49,167 nt of DNA from Conidiobolus incongruus B7586. Lineage: Eukaryota. Position numbers and translations under genes: made by a program. The DNA is taken from assembly GCA_000697335.1 (NCBI GenBank), contig JNEM01010240.1:1-49167 (forward strand). Reading direction: 5' to 3'. The notes below the pieces were generated by a model. It made no database searches, was not told the origin of the DNA, and saw nothing but the letters and a program-made list of their open reading frames with translations. Positions 41,284-49,167 of this stretch are shown piece after piece. Every line of letters starts with the position of its first letter. Position 1 is the stretch's first letter.

Positions 41284-42378
41284 ATGTCTGGAGGTTATGA
41301 TCGCGCTTTAACCGTTTTCTCGCCCGACGGTCACTTATTTCAAGTCGAATATGCTTTAGAAGCTGTTAATAGAGGAAATTGCGCTGTAAATAAAATAAAA
41401 TACTATATTTATAAATTTTATTAAATTTATATTTAGGTTGGTGTACGTGGTAAAGATACCGTCGTATTGGGCGTTGAAAAGAAAAATGTATTAAAATTAC
41501 AAGACCCTCGTACTGTTAGAAAAATTAATCAATTGGACGAACATGTTTGTCTCGCTTTCGCTGGTAAAATAATTTTTATTTTATGTTTTTTACAATTTTT
41601 AATTTTTGAAATTAGGATTGACTGCTGATGCTCGTGTGTTAATTGATAAGGCTAGAGTAGAATGTCAAAGTCATCGTCTTACAGTTGAAGATCCTGTTAC
41701 TGTTGAATATATTTCCAGATATATTGCTGGCGTTCAACAAGTAAGAATACCATTTTGTTCAATTCCAACATTTAATAATATATTTTGAAATTAGAAATAT
41801 ACTCAGTCAGGAGGTGTAAGACCTTTTGGTGTATCTACTTTAATAGTAGGTTTTGATAATGGTAAAATTCCTCGTCTCTTTCAAACAGATCCCTCTGGTA
41901 TTTATTCAGCATGGAAGGTAAGCCAAAGAATAATATTTACAATTTCTCAATACGTAATCATTTGTTATTTTATTTTATAGGCTAATGCTATCGGCAGAAG
42001 CTCCAAAACTGTGAGAGAATTTTTAGAAAAGAATTATAAGGAAGATATGAATAAGGACGAAACTGTCCAACTTGCTATTAAAGCTCTTTTAGAAGTATGA
42101 TTTGACTCTATACATATTTTTAAATATTTAATTAATGTTATTTGATTAGGTTGTCCAAACTGGTGCTAAAAATATTGATATTGTTGTTATTACCCAAGGA
42201 GAACCATATCAAGTAATAGAATATATCTATCATCATAATATCTCAATATATAATAATTTTTATCTAGCTCTTGGAATTGGAACAAGTTGAAGCCATTGTT
42301 CAAGAGATTGAACAAGAAAAAGAAAGGGAAGCTGAAAGAAAACGCGGTATTCCTTCATCCTCAACTACTCAAGCATAA
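41284..42378 (+). CDS. PRE6: 20S proteasome subunit alpha4 (PSMA7 ortholog), 254 aa; exons 41284-41385, 41437-41563, 41616-41740, 41795-41917, 41981-42094, 42150-42212, 42268-42378
   Basis: Contains [44 protein letters not shown] and [11 protein letters not shown]. The six GT-AG introns give 765 nt in frame. Confidence 0.95.
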
Positions 42379-42745
42379 TAATCACTAAATATATTTTATT
42401 ATCCTATTATCAGTTTTTGATTGAATTAAATCTCTTAATTTTCAAAATTTTATGATACACTTATTTTGGCTCAATACATATAATGAAATTTATAATCCAT
42501 ATTATTATTTTTAAATTGTAATTTATAATATTTTGTACTTGAAATATTTGTAACTTGTTTTGATGAAATTTGTAATTATAAGTGTTAATTTATCATAATT
42601 TCATCAAATTTCAATTGATTTGGTATATATTTAATACTGTATTTGGTATTTATATTTTTATTTTAAAATTATTCAATATTTTAATACTGAAATTAATATA
42701 TTAAATTGATATTAAATTATATTATACTCTTATTATATCGAATTC

Positions 42746-43971
42746 TTATACAGTTAAATGTAAATCATCCCAGTCATCTAAATTTAATATAAGATAACAT
42801 TTCATATAAGTATTATCAATAATGAATTACCTTCTGTAATATCAGTCCAAAATTTAAAGAATAAATAAGCTGCTAAACCATTAAATATGGTTTGAAAGAT
42901 TTGGCCATCCAAAATTCGGTGAGTACCTTGACAAATTGATAAATTGGCATAATATCTAATTAAAAACCCAACTATGATACTTAATCCACTCATGACCAAA
43001 AATACTAAACAATAATTTAATAAGTATTATAAAATGAATAGAAATATACTTCTATTACTTAAAGGTTTTCTAACAGAGAGAGAACTTAAAACGAGACCGA
43101 ATTGAGCTAAAAAGCTAGCAATTAGAAATAAATTGGGCCAAATCCAAAATAAACCATATAAATTAAAATTAATTAATTCTGTGGGTTTAGGTGATAATTT
43201 TGAAAATGATACAGCCGATGATATATTAAAATAACTGAAAGGTATTAACATTATCAAACTACTGATTAGTATTCCCTAATATTGAAATTAATATTCAGTG
43301 AATAAATTTTGACAAATTAATAATTACCATTATTGATGTATTCGAACCATCGGATATTAATTGATATCCTAGTATATAAATTTTAACATATTTGAAAATT
43401 GATGTAATTTATATACAAAAATCAATTACCTATTAAACAATTCAGTAATATAATCCATTCAAAGCACCATTCCCAAGCTAAATGAAAGCCTGAAATACTC
43501 TAATTATTCAAATTAGAAATTTAATAGATTTCAAAATATTTTAATTAATTACGTATAAAAACCAAGATCCAGGTGAAAAAACCTGACCAAGTGAAAATAT
43601 TTCCAAAAATAAATTGATTAAATAAAAACTATATAATATTAACATTTCTCTTTTCCCTACATATTAAACAGTAATTAGCCATTAATTATTGGAAATATGA
43701 TATTAATATTTACCCACTGCAGCTTTTTTAATTCTTATATTGAGTAGAATTAATACTACTCCTGTGATTACTAAACATATTGCTAGCGTATTGCCTAAAT
43801 ATAAAATTAATACAATATTTTCCACTAGCAGTATTATCAAGTATAATTACCCAAATTTGGAATATAACCTATAGGTTTAACAGTACATTGAGGGTATGTA
43901 ACAGGAGGAAATAAATTACAAGCTGTAAAACTTGTTCGACTACAGATATATTCAAAATGACCGTACTCCAT
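42746..43971 (-). CDS. CHS7: Chitin synthase export chaperone (CHS7 family), 279 aa; exons 43971-43851, 43794-43714, 43656-43553, 43499-43430, 43368-43328, 43275-43059, 43004-42831, 42777-42746
   Basis: Starts MEYGHFEYIC and contains KKAAVGKREM, GYQLISDGS and FWTDITEDDW, with several hydrophobic helices. The CDS is 840 nt in frame. It may be a CHS7 paralog rather than the ortholog. Confidence 0.85.
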
Positions 43972-46276
43972 TATAATTATGAATTATTAAATATTACAAA
44001 TTTATAGATATAAAAAAATGATTTCAAGTTAATTGAAAAACTGGAAAATAGCTAAATAACTGCAAAGTATTTATAGGTATTTTAAACGATTTAATTCTCC
44101 AATGGTTAATCTGGATTCAACGTGATAAAAAACAAACCAAAGATATTGCATACTATAAATTAACCAATTTAGAATATTCTCCCAGTTTGATATATTTCAT
44201 AATACTTTATTATCCCAAATTCCCTCCTTTGCCAATGAATGGATTCATCCCAATATCGTGTCCTCAAAATACCGGATAATATTAGAGATTAAAATTGATC
44301 ATCTGGGGAAATTATCTCAATGAATATTAATTGATATTTAAGGGGAATAAATTTGTTCACTTTCTATTAAATTTCGTGATAGAATTTATATTAATTTTTA
44401 GTAATATTTTTCTCACTAAAATGCAAATTTACTTGATTTGGTAAGGGTTATGCGTGTTATCAACAAATTTCCCCAATTCACTTTCATATTCTTATCAAAT
44501 TTTCAATATGATATGAATGATATTTAATAATATTGAATAATATTCTATTTTCAATTCATATAGATATGTGTTGAATTTAAATTTTATTTATATAATTACA
44601 ATATTCAATTATTAATTTGTTTTAAGACCAAAAACTCTTATTACAAAATTAAAATCATTTTTTAATTTAATTGAAAAATTTAAAGATATTTATTTTAACA
44701 GTCAATTAGGTATTTTAAAAAGAATTATTAATTCTTATTAAAATTTATTCAGACTATTTAACTTTTAAATATCTTATTGAATAAAGTAAAATCCGTTGAA
44801 TCTTGAGTAAATGGTTTTAGAGAGTTTAGATATACTAGTTAATTAGTTAATTATTTAAATTTAATCAATCTTTATCATTATAAAATACTAATTAATTAGA
44901 AAATATAATACAGATGATAAGGTGGCAATTAATATTTTCTGTATAGTGTTAACATTTATACCACATTAAATTATTATACCAAAAAAATCATTTTTATCCA
45001 ATTGTAATAATAACTTCATACTATGTAATTTATTCATATTAGCTCAGATGCAATAGTCTATTAGATATTTTTTGATTTTCAAAAATAATCCAAATATATT
45101 AATTTTTATACAATTATAGCTATATTCTGATAATTCAAGTGTTGATAAAGTTTTGAATTATATATGAAAGTTGTGCATGTTATGCACGAAATAAGATCTA
45201 ATAAGATTATGTATATAAATAATATTGTTAAAAGAAAATATTATTTGAAATTACAAAAACATCATTGTAATTACTTCAGTTTATATTTAATATAAAATTT
45301 GATGTGTAAATTACAATGTTAAGAGTTGAGAGTTCGAAATAGTATATATGTTTTTATCAATGTTTTGAATTTTTAATCATTTTTTATAAACTGAAATAGA
45401 AATATTACCGAAACTTTAATAGTTTATATTTAAATTGATCTTTCAATATAAATTTTATGTTTTTAACATATTTTAATATACTCATCAATCTATACTATTT
45501 GTTATATATGTTCTTGATATTCTAATTTATTAATTTTATTTGTAAAATAAAATATATAAATGACTCAATAATTGATGCAGTTAGAAAATATTAAAGATTA
45601 AATTTATAAATTAACTCTTTGTTAAAATCCTAAATATATTTTATACCCTTATATAATTTTCAATTCTTGGAAATAATTTAAAAAAATTTTTGATTTAATA
45701 ATATTAATATATTCAAATTTTGAGTTTATTATTTCCAAATTTAGAAATATATTTTTCAATAATTTGAAAGAGATTTGGATGATTTTACAAAATAAATATA
45801 TCAATTAATATAATTCGTTATAACACTCTAGACGAACTATCTATTTGTATATACTTAGGTGTATATCTTAAACTCAATATCATAATTTTTTTATTATTTA
45901 AATTAAATTCTAAATTCTTATTAAAAGTGATAATGATCAGATAAATATTATAAATTAGAATAAAAAATCAAATTATTGTATTCAAACCAATCGTCACAAA
46001 TTGATTCATAATACATTTAATAAAATTTAAATATATTTAAAAAATTTTATTATTATTAAAAGTTATTGAAAATAAATATTTTAAATTAGGAAAACTAAAA
46101 AGTGAAAATAAATGATTTTTCAATTGTTTTGAAAAATTTCATAGTTATAATGATTTATAGAATCAGAAATTTAATATTTAATAAAAATTGGTTGACTAAT
46201 TTTAGTATAAATATTCATATTAATGATGATTAATTGAAGAAACAAAATAATTACAATTAATTGAACATTATCCAGC

Positions 46277-47371
46277 ATGGCTAAAATTACATCAGAGATT
46301 AGGCCGTACTGGTCCAAGCTTTCTAACCTTCCTTTTAGAACAGAGTAACTCATAATAAAATTATTTTTTAATATGTTATTAATCAATTAATTTTTATTAG
46401 AACTTTTTTAATCGATTTCCAATGATAATCAAACTAAATCCAATATTTTTTGATAAAATATTAAACAACAGCTAATTTTATCTTTTCTAGGTTTGGCTGA
46501 TCAATTGGTTAAAGTTACATGTGAAAATGGTATCAATTTCTTTGATAAAGAAGGTTATGGCAATGGCCATGCTTAAATTATCTTGTGTAATGCTATTAAG
46601 AATAATAATATCAAGCGTGAAGATATTGTAGTTTCTACTAAGATAGGTTGGAGTCCTAATGCTACTGGTTTATCCAGGAAGCATTTGATTGACGGCCTCA
46701 ATGCCAGCTTAAAACGATTTCAATTGGATTATGTTGATTTGGTCTTTGTCCATGTTGCTGAGTCTGAAATATCAATTGAAGAAATTGTTTGTATATTGAG
46801 TTTCATAATTAATCAACGCAAAGTTCTGTACTGGGGTACCAGTAACTGATACACTCAAAAAATTACTGAAGCCCATGCAATTGCCCAGAGATTTGGCTTA
46901 GAAGGCTCTGTTGTAGAACAACCAGAATACAATTTATTCGACAGACAAAAACTTGAAAGAAATATCTTGCAATTTTCCAAAATTTTGGATTGGGAACTAC
47001 TACCTGGAATTCTCTGGCATCTGATATTTTGACCGAAAAATACAATGATGATATTCCTGAAGGAACTCGTTTCAGTGAGATGGAGGGATATGGTAGGATG
47101 ATGGCTAAATTTAAAATTCCTGAAGGAAAGATCAAAATAGGAAAAATGAGTAAATCCATCCCAATTGCTCAAAAATTAGGTTTCACTCCTGCTCAATTGG
47201 CTCTCGCTTGGTTTGTTAAACAACCTAGTATCACAACTGGCAGTACTGGAGCTACTAAGGTTTATCAACTTGAAGGCAACTTGAAGCAGTTAACAAATTA
47301 ACTCTTGAAATTCTGAAAGAAATAGAAGATATTTTTAAATCTAACTTCTTCCTGTTTAATATTTTAGAGGA
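46277..47371 (+). pseudogene. AKR locus I: AKR pseudogene
   Basis: Exon 1 from the ATG at 46277 is frameshifted. Exon 3 from 46491 has a TAA (~46574), a deletion around IFFGTG, TGG->TGA (46847-49) and frameshifts. The terminal FRG lacks its stop codon. Confidence 0.9.
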
Positions 47372-47738
47372 AAATTATTTTAATGCAGATATATTTTAAT
47401 TATTTTTAATAAATCTAATTTATTTTATTTTATTATTCAATATATATAAATATATTATTATTTTTTTGAACTTTTAATCTAACAAGAAATCTCTAAAATA
47501 TTTTAAAAAGTATGAATTAATAATATGCAATATCACTTATAGCAAAATAATATAACAATAATTAAAAAAAATTGAATATAAAAATATTTTGATATGGTCT
47601 TAAAATTTGAAATATGAATCATTACATAAATAAAGTTATATAAATAAATATGAAGTATATGTATTTGAAATTTGAAATTTAGTATGAGATTGCAAATAAG
47701 GAAAATTAGAAAAAATAAAGTATAATTTGAATAAAGGA

Positions 47739-47812
47739 TGATCTCGCTCAGATTCGAACTGAGGACCGTCTGTGTGTTAGACAGACGTGATAACCAACTA
47801 CACCACGAGATC
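47739..47812 (-). tRNA. tRNA-Val (anticodon AAC), intronless
   Basis: The minus strand reads GATCTCGTGGTGTAGTTGGTTATCACGTCTGTCTAACACACAGACGGTCCTCAGTTCGAATCTGAGCGAGATCA. It has a 7-bp acceptor stem, a TCTGT/ACAGA anticodon stem with loop CT-AAC-AC, and a TTCGAAT T-loop. Confidence 0.96.
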
Positions 47813-48613
47813 TTGTATTTAAGTATGTTTTATTCATTTAATCTAACATTTCTCAATAATTTTAATTTCTTAATATCCTACTTTTTTTAATATTTTATTA
47901 TCATTTCATTCATAATTTTATTATATTTATCAGTTTGTTTAATAAACTACTTTTTATATTCAGTTTGAATTGGTTATTTTTTTATCTTTACTTAATATTG
48001 GTTTTAATATTAAATTTTATTAATTATTTTTTTTATAATTTACTATAAATATTACCTCATACTTAAATTCTATTATTATAATAAAATATATTTTTTAAAA
48101 ATCCATTATATATTTAAGATATTTTATTGCTAATCTTTTTCAATAATTCAATTTATATTTTTTTTAATATAATATTTTTAAATGATAATAATATTATATA
48201 TCCAAATTATTTAATTATTTTATATTATTTGAACCTTATTAAATGTAAATTCATTTATTTCAATCGATACGCTAAAATTACTTATAACAGCTAGTACTGC
48301 CAATTAAATTATAATAATTCATAAAATTTAATTAATAATATTTGATAACAAATATATTTTATTATAATTTTTTAATAAATTTAAAAAAAATTAGTTTTAT
48401 AACAATATAAACCATATTTAAACCTATCCAATGATATTTTCATATCTTATATTAAAACTTAAACTTTTAATATTTTAACCTATATAAAATCAAGAAAAGT
48501 CATTTAAATAGTTTTATGTGTTTTCAATACCTATTATAATACTTTTTGGCTTTATATTTATTTTGATTTTGGCTAATATAGGTTTAATATAATATAGGTA
48601 ATTATTTATAAAT

Positions 48614-49167
48614 TATATTTTCAATGTAAAAGTAATGGCACAATTTTGAAATTAAAATTAAGTAAATAAATTAATAAATAATATATAGAATCTAATAAAT
48701 AATATAAAATTAATACTCTCCTTTATTATTAATAACTCTTTTCCATATTTTTTTCTAGCTTCTAATACTTAAAAAATAGTTTTTTTATTAAAAACCAGAA
48801 TTTGATATTTAAAAAATGATTTAATTTATTTATGGGAATTTTTTTTCTTATAAGCTAATTTTTTAGTTATTTAAAATAATTATAGTCATATAAGTTTTAA
48901 TTAGGTAAATATACTAGATATGATAACTGTCTTTAATTTTTTTATATAAAAAATTTCTTATATCTTTAGTATTATATTTTATGATTATTATGCAGAATAA
49001 TAGTTATTTTTAATCTATATTATAAATATTATTTAAAAATTATTTTATTTAAAAAAATATATAATTTACTTTTGAATAATATTCCTTAAAATATTAAATA
49101 AAAAATGATATATTATTATAATTTATTAAAATAATCAATATATATTTATATTTAAAATATTAAATTA
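48614..49167 (-). mobile_element. Hypermutated mariner relic, copy 4 (3' half; truncated by the window end)
   Basis: The minus strand reads TIILHNN...N*RQLSYLVYLPN*NLYDYNYFK*LKN*LIRKKF and retains the third D (GAC). The C-terminus RVINNKGEY* ends at 48710. The TIR-like AAGTAATGGCACAATTTT matches the end of copy 2. Confidence 0.83.

Noticed and set aside
47900..48600. AT-rich block between the tRNA and mariner copy 4 as another TE relic (similarly 7300-7800, 27900-28800, 45400-46200)
   Set aside because: No motif, TIR or internal homolog could be recovered by eye, so it is left unannotated.
1..49167. CRISPR arrays, rRNA, prokaryotic operons or retroelement pol ORFs
   Set aside because: The DNA is intron-containing and eukaryotic. 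I saw no regularly spaced short repeats, no rRNA-like segment and no convincing RT or integrase motif.

Overview
Very AT-rich eukaryotic DNA, almost certainly fungal: it has a CHS7-family gene and GT-AG introns of about 55 nt. An early-diverging lineage such as Zoopagomycota is my inference only. The window is dominated by a birth-and-death array of nine Kv-beta-like (AKR6-type) aldo-keto reductase loci, labelled A-I here. Five are intact three-exon genes, each 338 aa (A, E, F, G, H), and four are pseudogenes in graded states of decay (B, C, D, I). The paralogs form a patchwork of identical tracts, consistent with gene conversion, while predicted substrate-pocket loops are hypervariable. The AT-richest stretches hide four copies of a ~1.3-kb DD34D mariner transposon. 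These become readable only after reverting C->T and G->A changes, a RIP-like hypermutation signature. Housekeeping genes are RRP36, a branched-chain aminotransferase, a mitochondrial gamma-butyrobetaine-dioxygenase-like enzyme, proteasome alpha4 (PRE6), a CHS7-family chaperone and tRNA-Val(AAC). All alignments were done by eye and no database searches were run.
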